Assembly (NCBI GenBank): GCA_003551305.1
Contig: PUMJ01000050.1
Coordinates: 12,073 to 76,072 of the forward strand
Direction: 5' to 3'
DNA from: Candidatus Brocadiaceae bacterium
GTDB lineage: Bacteria; Planctomycetota; Brocadiia; SM23-32
DNA length: 64,000 nt
Shown here: piece after piece, positions 38,015-47,729 of the stretch
Position numbering within the stretch: the stretch's first letter is position 1
Layout of the letters: each line of letters begins with the position of its first letter
Notes under the pieces: model-generated
Told to the model about the DNA's origin: nothing
Databases searched by the model: none
The model's input: the letters and a program-made list of their open reading frames with translations, nothing else
Program-made: the position numbers and the translations under genes

Positions 38015-40025
38015 CCTCGGAGTCGGTCTCTTCCAGATCCTCACGCTCCTGCAGGCTCAGGCCCGCCATGTGGTGCGTCTTGACGGCGACCCAGATGCAG
38101 GCGGTCAGCCCGCCGAACAGCAGGGCGGCGGCCACGGCGGCCATCGCCGCGGGTGCCACCACCTGGCCGGCCGATCGCCCCGTGGCGATGCCCAGCCAGG
38201 CGAGAAACACCAGGAACAGCACCCCCGTTCCACCGATGGCGACCACCATGCGGTTGTGGCGCGCCAGCAGCAGCGCCACGCAGAACAGGAAACCGAACCA
38301 CCCCCATCCGGCCAGCGTCACCGAGTGGGGCAGTATCGCGTCGTAGCCGCCATAGACCTCGGTCACGTCGGTGAGGAACTGGTTGGCCAGCAGGAAGATG
38401 AGGATCGCCGGCGTGATGACCTTCACGAACGCGTCGAACCAGTTGTGGACCTTTATCTCGCTGTGCTCGTTGATATAGTCCTTCAGCTCGTCTAAATGGA
38501 AGAAGTAGCCCACGGCGATGCACTGCAGCAGGCCGACCAGCACCAGCCCGTAGTTGCTCATCCAGCGGTCCACGATGTCCAGCCACATCAGGCCGCTGCG
38601 CGTGCAAAACACCAGGCTGCCCAGGAATCCGATGATGCACAGAGCGGCGGTCATGACGGGCCGGCTCACCCAGGCCAGGCGGTCGCGCAGACCCGTCACG
38701 GCGCCCTCGATGAGGCTGAAGGCACTGTCAATGCCCAGAGTGATGAGGCAGGCGAAAAAGACAAATGACAGGGCGCCGATGGCCCAGCCGGCCATGGGCA
38801 TCTTGGCCAGAGCGATGGGATAGGTGATGAACACGAGGCCCGGCCCGCCGGCCACCACGTCCTCCACGCTCTGGCCCTGCACGAAGGCCAGGTAGCCGAG
38901 CACGCTGAAGACGGCCAGGCCGGCTATGAAGCTAATGGCGCAGTTGCCGAAGCTCGTGATGAAGGCGCTGTTGGTGACGTCGCTCTCGGGCGGCATGTAG
39001 CTCGCATAGGCTATCAGGATGCCGAACCCGAGGCTGAGGCTGAAGAAAATCTGGCCGTAGGCGGCTATCCAGACCGACGGGTCTTTGAGCATCTCCCAGT
39101 TCGGCCTGAGGTAGTAGAACAGCCCCTCGGCCGAGCCCGGCAGCGTCACGCCACGCAGAAGCATCACCAAGAGCAGCAGGATGGGCAGCGGCACGGTGAC
39201 CATGACGACCTTGCCGACGCTGTGGACGCCCTTGAAGATGATGAGGAAGATGGCCAGCCACGTTACGAAGGCGCCTATCAGCAGCCCGGGGGTCAGGCGG
39301 AAGAGCCGCGGCGGGGCGCGCTCCGCCTGCCCGCCCCCCTCCTCGGCGGCGGCCTGCACCCAGTAGCCGGGGCGGAAGCCGCCGAGCACGACCTCGTTGA
39401 AGTAGTTCTCCACGTTCTCGGTGAGGGAGACGAACCGGACGTCGCGGTTCTCGGGCCGGGCCTGCCGTTCTTCGACTTCGGCGGGGCTCAGCACGGGCAG
39501 GCGGTCCTCGGGGGCGCGGCGCTGCTGGGCGGCCTCCTCGCGGGCGCGCTGCCGCTCGTCGCGCGCCAGGATGTAAAGGCTCACCCTCTCGGCCGGGAAC
39601 TCCGTCAGCACCGCTTCGCCGTCCACGACATCCACCTCGTGCGTGGGGGCGGGCCGCGTCCAGGCGACGTTCCAGGAAGCGGCCGCGTAGTGCCAGGCGT
39701 AGGCCATCACGACCACGTAATAAAATGTGATGGTGGTGGCGACCAGGAGGGCGAACCACCCGACCCACCGGAAGTGCTCGGTGACGGCGGCCATGGCCTT
39801 CGGCGCGCCGCCCTGGAACTTCTGACCCAGGGCGTACTCGACGATCATCAGCGGTATGCCGGCGCTGAAGAGAGCGACGAAATAGGGGATGAAGAACGCG
39901 CCCCCGCCGTGCTGGTAGGCGATAGTGGGGAAGCGCCACAGGTTGCCCAACCCCACCGCGCTGCCGATGGCGGCCATGATGAAGGCGGTGCGGCTGATCC
40001 ACCTGTCCCGGGGTTGCTGCGCCAT
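38004..40025 (-). CDS. Sodium-dependent transporter, NSS (SNF) family, with a long charged insertion
   Basis: N-terminal AIGSAVGLGNLWRFP is the NSS hallmark. Start taken at MAQQPR (40025). Confidence 0.85.
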   Translation of the reverse strand: MAQQPRDRWISRTAFIMAAIGSAVGLGNLWRFPTIAYQHGGGAFFIPYFVALFSAGIPLMIVEYALGQKFQGGAPKAMAAVTEHFRWVGWFALLVATTITFYYVVVMAYAWHYAAASWNVAWTRPAPTHEVDVVDGEAVLTEFPAERVSLYILARDERQRAREEAAQQRRAPEDRLPVLSPAEVEERQARPENRDVRFVSLTENVENYFNEVVLGGFRPGYWVQAAAEEGGGQAERAPPRLFRLTPGLLIGAFVTWLAIFLIIFKGVHSVGKVVMVTVPLPILLLLVMLLRGVTLPGSAEGLFYYLRPNWEMLKDPSVWIAAYGQIFFSLSLGFGILIAYASYMPPESDVTNSAFITSFGNCAISFIAGLAVFSVLGYLAFVQGQSVEDVVAGGPGLVFITYPIALAKMPMAGWAIGALSFVFFACLITLGIDSAFSLIEGAVTGLRDRLAWVSRPVMTAALCIIGFLGSLVFCTRSGLMWLDIVDRWMSNYGLVLVGLLQCIAVGYFFHLDELKDYINEHSEIKVHNWFDAFVKVITPAILIFLLANQFLTDVTEVYGGYDAILPHSVTLAGWGWFGFLFCVALLLARHNRMVVAIGGTGVLFLVFLAWLGIATGRSAGQVVAPAAMAAVAAALLFGGLTACIWVAVKTHHMAGLSLQEREDLEETDSEVTR

Positions 40026-40338
40026 GACTCTCGGGCCCCTGCCGGATGGAGGTAGCTGGGAAAGATGCGGCACCATACGCCAGGTGGCAGCATTCTACAG
40101 GAGGCGCCCCGAACGAATCAACTGGGCAAGGGACTGCCAAAGCGGCAGACGCCCGGTGCGCCATGCCATATTGGCAGTGTCGTGGGTGGGTGCCGGGACG
40201 AGAGCCGGACCGCGTGAGGCTGTATGATGTTTTATATAAGGCGTTTAGCGCACAGGTTGACCTCCTGGCATGGTCGTTGCTCAAACATAGAGTGAACGGA
40301 CAGAAGGTAGTGAGACTCTTGGACAAGGGGGTAGAGCC

Positions 40339-40791
40339 ATGGCTGACATAATGAGAAGGCCGACGTCTCTGAGCAGGTACTTTGGCATGCCGTTCCAGCG
40401 TCTGTTCGAGGAATTCTTCGAAGACCTCGAGGGCGAGACAGGGCTGACCCAGATGCGGCGCACCGGCCGCTTCATCCCGGCGGTTGACGTGACCGAAGAT
40501 GAGAACTCGGTCGTGCTGACGGCCGAAGTGCCAGGGATGGAGAAGGAGGACCTGGAAGTCTCGATCGACAACGGCGTCCTCACCCTGAGGGGTGAGAAGA
40601 AAGAAGAGGACGTCGCAGAAGAGGCCGGTTACCACAGGGTCGAGCGGCGGTTCGGCCAGTTCGAGCGGCGGCTCCGTCTGCCCGACTACGTGGACACCGA
40701 GAAGGTCGACGCCTCCTACGAGAACGGCGTGCTGAAGCTGACGCTGTCGAAGACGGAGACCGCCAGGGCGAGGTCCATCGAGATCAAATAA
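40339..40791 (+). CDS. Hsp20/alpha-crystallin family small heat shock protein
   Basis: Alpha-crystallin domain, ...GVLKLTLSK... C-terminal region; 150 aa. Confidence 0.9.
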   Translation: MADIMRRPTSLSRYFGMPFQRLFEEFFEDLEGETGLTQMRRTGRFIPAVDVTEDENSVVLTAEVPGMEKEDLEVSIDNGVLTLRGEKKEEDVAEEAGYHRVERRFGQFERRLRLPDYVDTEKVDASYENGVLKLTLSKTETARARSIEIK

Positions 40792-40864
40792 AGGCGGCTC
40801 TCAGCGAGGACGTGCAGCGGCCGGCCGGGACTGCTCCCGGCCGGCCGTTCCCGTTTCGGGGCGG

Positions 40865-41905
40865 TCAGAGGTCAGCGGGTTGCCTCTTGCGGGCGGAGCG
40901 TTCCATGGCGAGGATGACGCGTGTGACCTCCCGGCCGTCCTCGAACCCGACCAGGGGCTGGTCGCCGGAGGCGACGCAGTCCACGAAGTGGCGGATGCTC
41001 TCGGTGGCGAAGCCGACGCGCCGGCCGTGCACGGTGGGGGAGATGAATGTGTCCGGGCAGTGTGGCCCGTCCTGTGCGATGTGCACCAGCCTGTGCGGGC
41101 TGCCGTCGAAGTGGAAGGCCCCCCGCTCACCGACGACCTCCAGCTTGAAGTCCACCAGGCTCGGGCTCGCCTCGGGCAGTATCCAGCACGTCTCCAGCAG
41201 CGCCCGCGCGCCGCGGCGGAACTCGATGATGGACATGTAGTAGTCGGGCGTCTTGATGTCCATCCCCGCCAGCACGCGGCTGTCACTGACGGTGTAAACC
41301 CGGCTTGCCTGGTCGTCCAGCAGCCAGAAGAGCGTGTCCAGGCAATGGCTGCCCAGGAACCAGTTGACGCTTGAGCGCCCGGCCCAGGGCAGCATCTGTG
41401 TGGGCACGAACAGGGTATCCGACAGGCGGCAGTAAACCATCCTCACCTCCCCGAGCAGGCCGGCCGCGACGTCCCGACGTATCTGCACCACGCCGGGGCT
41501 CCAGCGGTTGTGGAAGTCCACCATGAAGGGGACGGGGTTGCGGCTCAGGGCCTCGCCGATGCGGTCGCAGTCTTCCAGGGTGGTGGCCAGGGGCTTTTCA
41601 ACCAGGACGGCTTTGCCGGCTTCAACGGCGGCCAGGACGATGTCGGCGTGGGTGAAATCGGGGGTGACCACGGAGACGGCGTCCACGTCGTCCCGCCGCA
41701 TCATCTCACGGTAGTCGCGGTGTGTGGCCACGGTTCCGGTCCGCGCCGCGGCCTCCTGCAGGCGGTCGGCGTTCATGTCGCACAGGGCGGTGAGGCGGGC
41801 GCGCGGGTGGTCCAGGTAGGTCTCCAGGTGCACTTGCCCCCAGGTGCCGAGTCCGATGACGCCGAAACGTGCCCTCTGCATTGCGGCCCTCCCTTGCCGA
41901 AGCAC
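40865..41905 (-). CDS. Gfo/Idh/MocA family oxidoreductase
   Basis: N-terminal Rossmann fold (RFGVIGLGTWGQVH) plus the GFO_IDH_MocA C-terminal domain. Confidence 0.85.
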   Translation of the reverse strand: MLRQGRAAMQRARFGVIGLGTWGQVHLETYLDHPRARLTALCDMNADRLQEAAARTGTVATHRDYREMMRRDDVDAVSVVTPDFTHADIVLAAVEAGKAVLVEKPLATTLEDCDRIGEALSRNPVPFMVDFHNRWSPGVVQIRRDVAAGLLGEVRMVYCRLSDTLFVPTQMLPWAGRSSVNWFLGSHCLDTLFWLLDDQASRVYTVSDSRVLAGMDIKTPDYYMSIIEFRRGARALLETCWILPEASPSLVDFKLEVVGERGAFHFDGSPHRLVHIAQDGPHCPDTFISPTVHGRRVGFATESIRHFVDCVASGDQPLVGFEDGREVTRVILAMERSARKRQPADL

Positions 41906-41908
41906 AGG

Positions 41909-43156
41909 TCAGTAGGCGGCCCAGGCGGCCACCTGCAGATGGGCGCCGGCGGCGGAGAGCTTCTTTACGCACCGGCGCTCCAGGATTCCGGAGCTGATGA
42001 CGTCGGAGATGAGCAGGGCGCCTTCGCCCTTGTCAATGACGGCGTCCACGGCCGGTTCGATGCTCCTGCTCTCGGGACCGCTGCTGTCGGCGCGCATGAC
42101 GTCGCGGTAAGGGACGCCCAGTTGCCTGGCGACGGCCTCGGCGAGCTGACGGGCCGGATACGTGCGGCCGCCGCCGGCCCCGCCGGGCGCCGGCACGGCG
42201 GTGACGAAGTCCACCCAGTTGGTCTCGGCTTTCTCGTCCAGCAGTTTCACGATGTCGTTGCACATCGTCTCGGTCACGACATCGCTCAGCTCGCGTTTCC
42301 AGAGCTTGAAAGCCTCCTGCTGGGGTTTGCTCAGGCTCTGCCAGCGGTGCGCGGCGAAGGCGCCGAGGGTCACCCGCGGCACGTGGTAGTAGGTCTCTGT
42401 CTCGTCCCCGGCGGTCTCGGGCAGCTTGCCGTGGGCGGTGGCCTCCTTGGCGCTGGTAACGGTCTCGTGCAGCGATGCGCGTTCCGGCACGTAGTCGGCG
42501 ACGCTGACGCGGGCCTTCAGCGAATGGACCTCGCCGCGCTCGCCCAGGCTCAGCCGATAGTCGGAGACGACCTGCTTGAGGGTATCTGCGAGGGACTCGG
42601 CCTCCGAGACGCTGGCGTTCGGCAGGATGACCAGGAACTCGTCCCCCCCTAAGCGCCCGACAATGTAATCCTCTGAGGCGGCCTCGCGGATGAGGCCGGC
42701 CAGGTCCTGCAGGACGGCGTCGCCAACCATCTGGCCGTACTCGTAGTTGACGCGGTTGAGGTTCTCCAGGTCAACGTCCACCAGTCGGATTCTCTTGCCG
42801 AACTCCTGGGGGCCAAGCTCGTAGCGCTCCAGCGCCGCCACCAGCCCTTTGCGGTTGGGCAGGCCCGTCAGGGTGTCGGTCACGCCGAGTTCGGAGGACT
42901 TGCGCCGGGAGTAGCGGCGCGCCTGCCAGTAGGTGCTCACCGCGTAGGCCGCCACCACCAGCGCCCAGACGGGCATCGCCCACAGCAACGCCCTGGGCCA
43001 GATACCCAGGGTGTCCGCGCGACCCAGGCCGACCGCTGCCGTCAGCATCATGCCGAACAGCACCAGCAGCGTGAGGGCCGCCCGGCGGGAGTGGCGATGG
43101 ATGCTGCGCGTTATGACCTCTTCTTCGGTGTCCGACTCATGCCACATCAGACCCAT
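41909..43156 (-). CDS. Membrane protein: 2 TM + GGDEF domain (canonical GGDEF) + C-terminal ComF-like phosphoribosyltransferase domain; paralog of 28300-29499
   Basis: RLGGDEFLVILP, shared linker motif YHVPRVTLGAFAA, C-terminal ALLISDVISSGIL. Start MGLMW follows a GGAGG RBS. Separated from the downstream oxidoreductase gene by 3 nt. Confidence 0.75.
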   Translation of the reverse strand: MGLMWHESDTEEEVITRSIHRHSRRAALTLLVLFGMMLTAAVGLGRADTLGIWPRALLWAMPVWALVVAAYAVSTYWQARRYSRRKSSELGVTDTLTGLPNRKGLVAALERYELGPQEFGKRIRLVDVDLENLNRVNYEYGQMVGDAVLQDLAGLIREAASEDYIVGRLGGDEFLVILPNASVSEAESLADTLKQVVSDYRLSLGERGEVHSLKARVSVADYVPERASLHETVTSAKEATAHGKLPETAGDETETYYHVPRVTLGAFAAHRWQSLSKPQQEAFKLWKRELSDVVTETMCNDIVKLLDEKAETNWVDFVTAVPAPGGAGGGRTYPARQLAEAVARQLGVPYRDVMRADSSGPESRSIEPAVDAVIDKGEGALLISDVISSGILERRCVKKLSAAGAHLQVAAWAAY

Positions 43157-43404
43157 GGTTCGGCCTCCGGAAAACGTGACACACCTACCGCTTCTATGCG
43201 GGGCCTTCACAACGTGCCGGTGGGGGTTCTGCTGGCCAGCAACCGCTGAGAGCATAACCGGAAAGGCCCGGATATGCAAGCCGGTTCGGGTGCCGCCCGG
43301 GGCATCCAGTGTTTGCGCGCCGATACGAGTCGGCACCCCCCCGCATGGCCGGCCCCGCTGCGGCAGAAACAGGAGGGATTCCGGCGTTACAGCCACTGCG
43401 GGGA

Positions 43405-44556
43405 TCAGTTCATGCTGCCGCGGGGCTCGAGGTCTATCTTGATGGCCAGGAACCGCAGCAGGTCACGCAGGCTGAGCATGCCGACGGCCCGGTCGTGTTC
43501 CACGACCACGGCCCGGTTCTCGTCGCGCTGCCGCAGGAACGACAGGGCGTCCACCGCGTCCATGTCCGGGTGGATGGTCACGCACTGGTCCAGACCCTTC
43601 ATCAACTCGTCAACCAGCTTGTCGGCCCATTCTTCCCTGTCCAGTTCCCGGGGGGCGCGGGAGCTGACCATGCCCAGCAGCCGGCCCTCCTCGTCAACCA
43701 CGGGGTAGTAGCTGAAGCGGTGATGGAAGACGAACTCGTTCACGAAGTCCTGGACGGTCAGATCACGCGGGACCACCACGACGTCGGTGGTCATGAAACG
43801 CCGCACGGTCTCCCCCTGAAGCTGCTGGCGGATGACCACCATCTGCAGGCTGCTCATGGCCGCCTGCCGCAGGAAGAAGCCGATGATGATAAACCAGAGC
43901 CCGCCCAGTACGTCCACCTGCAGGGTCATGATGACTCCGAGCACGATGAGGGCGATGCCGAAGAACGCCCCGATGTTGGCGGCGACGTTCGTGGCGGCGC
44001 GCAGGTTGTTCGTCAGGGCCCACAGCACGCTGCGCACCACGCGTCCGCCGTCCAGCGGGAAGGCCGGCATCAGGTTGAAGGCCGCCAGCACGAAATTGAT
44101 GATCCACAGGTAGTGGGCCAGCGCGACGATGGCGGGGTCCCAGCCGACCGCGGAGCCCAGAAACCACAGAATCAGAAACCCGATGCCCAGGAAGATGCTG
44201 GAAGCCGGCCCGACGATGGCCATGAAGAACTCCGCCGGCGCCGTCGGCGGCTCGTCCTGGAGCTGGCTGACGCCCCCGAAGATAAACAGCGTGATCCCCG
44301 CCACCGGCATCCCGGTCCGCCGCGCCACCAGGCTGTGGGCAAGTTCGTGGATCAGCAGGCAGGCAAACAGCCCCATTGTGCCCACAAACCCCAGCAACCA
44401 CCGCAGCCCCACAGACGGTTCCTCCAGGTGCTGGGGAAACCAGCCCTCGGCCAGCGTAAACATGACCAGCGCGACCAGAAAGAGCCACGACAGGTTCACG
44501 TTGACGGGTATGCCGAAAACCTTGAACAGCGTGCGGTCTTTGCCGAAAAATGCCAT
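43405..44556 (-). CDS. Site-2 protease family (M50) zinc metalloprotease with a C-terminal CBS pair
   Basis: HELAHSLVAR (HExxH) within TM helices, plus two CBS motifs at the C-terminus. Confidence 0.85.
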   Translation of the reverse strand: MAFFGKDRTLFKVFGIPVNVNLSWLFLVALVMFTLAEGWFPQHLEEPSVGLRWLLGFVGTMGLFACLLIHELAHSLVARRTGMPVAGITLFIFGGVSQLQDEPPTAPAEFFMAIVGPASSIFLGIGFLILWFLGSAVGWDPAIVALAHYLWIINFVLAAFNLMPAFPLDGGRVVRSVLWALTNNLRAATNVAANIGAFFGIALIVLGVIMTLQVDVLGGLWFIIIGFFLRQAAMSSLQMVVIRQQLQGETVRRFMTTDVVVVPRDLTVQDFVNEFVFHHRFSYYPVVDEEGRLLGMVSSRAPRELDREEWADKLVDELMKGLDQCVTIHPDMDAVDALSFLRQRDENRAVVVEHDRAVGMLSLRDLLRFLAIKIDLEPRGSMN

Positions 44557-44760
44557 CAGCCCCTCGCGAGCTTGTGTTCAGGTCCCGGAAAAGTCACCAC
44601 TATCATTATGGCCTACGGGCCGGGCTGCGCCAAGGGGCGCCGGCGGGCGCCGCCTCCAGCCCTCAGCATCTGCGGGCCTCCGACAAAGCAGGGCCACCGC
44701 GGCCCGTGCACGCCGCAGACACCTCCGGGCGGCTGGTGTGCTACGGTTCAGGGGACTCCT

Positions 44761-47397
44761 TCAGGCGGTCTGCGCCGCGGCGAGGGCCCGGCAGATGGCC
44801 CGGCCCGCCCGTAGACCTTCGGCCACGGCCCTCACGGCGGTGGTGCCGCCGTTGACCACGTCCCCTGCGGCGTAGACGCCCGGCCGTGACGTCTGCATCG
44901 TTTCGGTCTCGACGGCAACCAGCCCTCGCTCGTTCAGCTCGACGCCCGGCAGCTCGGCCAGCAGTCCGGACGGCCTCTGCCCGATGGCCTCGACGGCCAT
45001 CTCCACGGCTATGACCGCTTCGCTGTCGGGCATCTCCTCCGGGCGGCGCCGGCCCGAGTCGTCGGGCTCTCCCAGCTCCGTTCGCACGGTGTGCACGCCG
45101 CTCAGCCGGCCGTCAGAGACGCGGTAGCCGGTGGGCTGGGTGAGCAGGACGAAGTGCACCCCTTCCCGCAGGGCTGCGTCCCGCTCCTCCGGCCAGGCGG
45201 GCATCTCAGTGAAAGAGCGTCGGTAGATGAGGTAAACGTCCCGCGCGCCGCGGCGGCGCGCCACCAGGGCGGCATCCATCGCCGTGTTGCCGCCGCCCAG
45301 GACGGCCACGCGGTCCGGCATCGTCGCCTCGGGCGCATCCTTCATGCGCCGCAGGAAGGGCAGCGCCGCCTCGACTCCCTCGATGTTCCGCGCCTCGTCC
45401 CCGAGTGTCACGGGTTCCGTCAGGCCCAGGGCCAGCACCACGGCGTCGTGGCCGGCCAGCAGTTCATCCAGGGAGACGTCCTGCCCCAGGGCCGTCTCGA
45501 ATCGCCACTGCAGCCGGTCTTCGGGGGCCTCGCCCAGGCGGGCCTGCAGTTCGGCTTCCACATCTTCGTCCTGGAGCCGCTCGGAGGGGATGGTTCGGCG
45601 CGCCAGGCCGCCGGGTTCCTCGGCGGCCTCGATGATGGTGACCCGGTGGCCGGCCTCCAGTAGTTGAAGGGCGCAGGCCATGCCCGCCGGGCCGGCGCCC
45701 ACCACGGCAATGCGGCCGTCCGTCGGCTCTTGCGGCAACTGCAGTCCGGCCCAGCCCTGCTTGCGGGCCTCTCGGCAGACGTAGAGCTGGATCTCGCGAA
45801 TGGGCACCGGATCGCCCGTCATCGTGCCCTCGATGCACTCCCCCTCGCACTGGACCTCGACGGGGCAGATGTAGGCGCAGAGTTCGGGCAACGGGTTGCA
45901 GCGCCGCAGCACGTCGTAGGCTTCCCGCAGTCGGCCATCGGCGACGGCCCGCACGAAGGCCGGCACGTCCACGGTGGCCGGGCAGCCCTGCTGGCAGGTG
46001 GGGGCCGCGCAGTCCCGGCAGCGCTCGGCCTGCCGGCGGACGGTGTCCGGCGCCAGGCGACGCCCCTGGCGGAACAGCGGGCCATAGACCTCCTTGTCGC
46101 GGACGACGCAGCCGGCCGGCTGGCCGTCCCGCATCATCTGGGTGCAGCAACTACAGGTGATGCAGCTCTTCAGCGGCTCCATCCGGCCGTTCTGCAGGAT
46201 GTCACGGGGGAAGTCCGGATAGGCGAAGCCCTGCCGGCCCAGGCCGATCATCGTGGCCCAGCCCTCCCGCACGACGCCCGCCGCCACGTGGGGCATGAAC
46301 TGACGCAGGTAGGAGTAGCCGGACCCCAGGGTGACCAGGTCCGGATATGCCTGCTGGATGCGGCGGGCGATGCCGATGATGCGACCGACGCCGACCAACG
46401 GGTGCTCCTCGGGCGGGGTGAAGCCGGCGATCGGGTAGTCGTAGGGGCGGTTGTAGTGCGGCTGCCAGTAGGGATTACCGGCGGTCACGTTCAGCAGCGG
46501 CGCCCCCTGCCTGCGCAGCATGCCGACCAGCTCCAGCGGCTCGGCCAGGTCCACTGCACTGGGGTCCTGCCGATCCACCCCCCAGCCGTAGGGGTGGGGG
46601 ATGGCATCGTAGGTGTTGAGCCGGCTTGTGGGGATGAGTTCAGGGAACTCGGCGGCCACCTTCTCATGCACCTCCCGCAGCAGGCGTGTGCGGTCGGCCA
46701 GTTCCGGGCCGCCGTAGCGACTGTCGGGGCGGGTGAAGGACTCCAGCAGTTCCGCGATCAGGTAGCCGTGGCATGCCTTCACGTCCACGCCGTCGAAGCC
46801 GGCCCGCCGGGCCAGTTCGGCCGTGCGCAGGTAGTCGTCCTGGAGCCGGTCGAGCTCCTCGTCCGTGATCAGGGGGTAGTCTTCGGTCAGGCCGTGCTTG
46901 GGTGCCAGGATGGGCGAGTGGTGGGCGATGATGGGCGCAGGCTCGCCCTCGGGGCGGCTGTAGCGGCCGGAGTGCGTCATCTGCAGGATGAGCAGCGGCT
47001 CGTGCTCGGGCCCCATGGTGTCGCGAGCGGCCCGGCGGACCTCCTCCAGCAGGCGGCTTATCTCGCCGAGGGTCTTTTCGGTGAGCTGCATCTGGCCGGG
47101 GTTGGCGCGGCCCTCGGGCACGACGGCGCAGGCCTCGAACCAGAGCAGCCCCGCCCCGCCGGACGCGAAGCGCAGGTAGCGGCGGCGCGTCAGATCCCCG
47201 GGGGCGCCCGCCGGGGTGCAGTCGCAGCCCTCCATGGGCTGTATGGCCAGGCGGTTGGGGGCAAGCCTGTCGCCTATCCGCACCGGCTCGCCCAGCACGT
47301 CGAAGTCATCGCTGACGGGCAGTTCGACGCCCAGCGCGTCCAGCTTGCTCAGCAGGTCATCCAGGGTCTTGTAGTGGAATCGCTCGAAGTCGCTCAT
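44761..47397 (-). CDS. Fused flavin oxidoreductase: OYE-like NADH:flavin oxidoreductase N-domain + GltD-like FAD/NAD(P)-binding Fe-S domain
   Basis: OYE TIM-barrel region in the N-terminal half. Cys clusters (CITCSCC, CRDC..C..C) and GAGPAG dinucleotide motifs in the C-terminal half. Start taken at MSDFERF (47397). Confidence 0.75.
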   Translation of the reverse strand: MSDFERFHYKTLDDLLSKLDALGVELPVSDDFDVLGEPVRIGDRLAPNRLAIQPMEGCDCTPAGAPGDLTRRRYLRFASGGAGLLWFEACAVVPEGRANPGQMQLTEKTLGEISRLLEEVRRAARDTMGPEHEPLLILQMTHSGRYSRPEGEPAPIIAHHSPILAPKHGLTEDYPLITDEELDRLQDDYLRTAELARRAGFDGVDVKACHGYLIAELLESFTRPDSRYGGPELADRTRLLREVHEKVAAEFPELIPTSRLNTYDAIPHPYGWGVDRQDPSAVDLAEPLELVGMLRRQGAPLLNVTAGNPYWQPHYNRPYDYPIAGFTPPEEHPLVGVGRIIGIARRIQQAYPDLVTLGSGYSYLRQFMPHVAAGVVREGWATMIGLGRQGFAYPDFPRDILQNGRMEPLKSCITCSCCTQMMRDGQPAGCVVRDKEVYGPLFRQGRRLAPDTVRRQAERCRDCAAPTCQQGCPATVDVPAFVRAVADGRLREAYDVLRRCNPLPELCAYICPVEVQCEGECIEGTMTGDPVPIREIQLYVCREARKQGWAGLQLPQEPTDGRIAVVGAGPAGMACALQLLEAGHRVTIIEAAEEPGGLARRTIPSERLQDEDVEAELQARLGEAPEDRLQWRFETALGQDVSLDELLAGHDAVVLALGLTEPVTLGDEARNIEGVEAALPFLRRMKDAPEATMPDRVAVLGGGNTAMDAALVARRRGARDVYLIYRRSFTEMPAWPEERDAALREGVHFVLLTQPTGYRVSDGRLSGVHTVRTELGEPDDSGRRRPEEMPDSEAVIAVEMAVEAIGQRPSGLLAELPGVELNERGLVAVETETMQTSRPGVYAAGDVVNGGTTAVRAVAEGLRAGRAICRALAAAQTA

Positions 47398-47729
47398 GGT
47401 CTGTCCTGGCAGCGGATTGGGATAGTCAGGGGGGAACGGGCCAGGCAAAGCTCCGGAACAGTCATTCTACCCGCGCACGCCCCGGTGTTCAATAGGGTCG
47501 CCCGGGCCCGCGCCCGGCGACGGGCCGGCACACGTCCCGGCAGCAAACGCTCTCATCCGGCCGCCCCTCGGGCGTTGCGTGTTGGGCAACGCGGCAGGCG
47601 GCGGCGGATTGACACGCGGATGCCCTTGAAAGGTTGCGGGAGCCGTTGCCCTTTCCGAGGGGCGTCGCGGCCGGTAGAATGCCCTCGTTTCAGGCCACCT
47701 GCCGGCGAGAGCCCTCAAGAGGACCGGAC

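Noticed and set aside
40240-40338. CIRCE-like (TTAGCGCAC) or sigma32-like elements upstream of the Hsp20 gene.
   Set aside because: The second half-site of CIRCE is absent. No convincing CTTGAA/CCCCAT pair with correct spacing is present.
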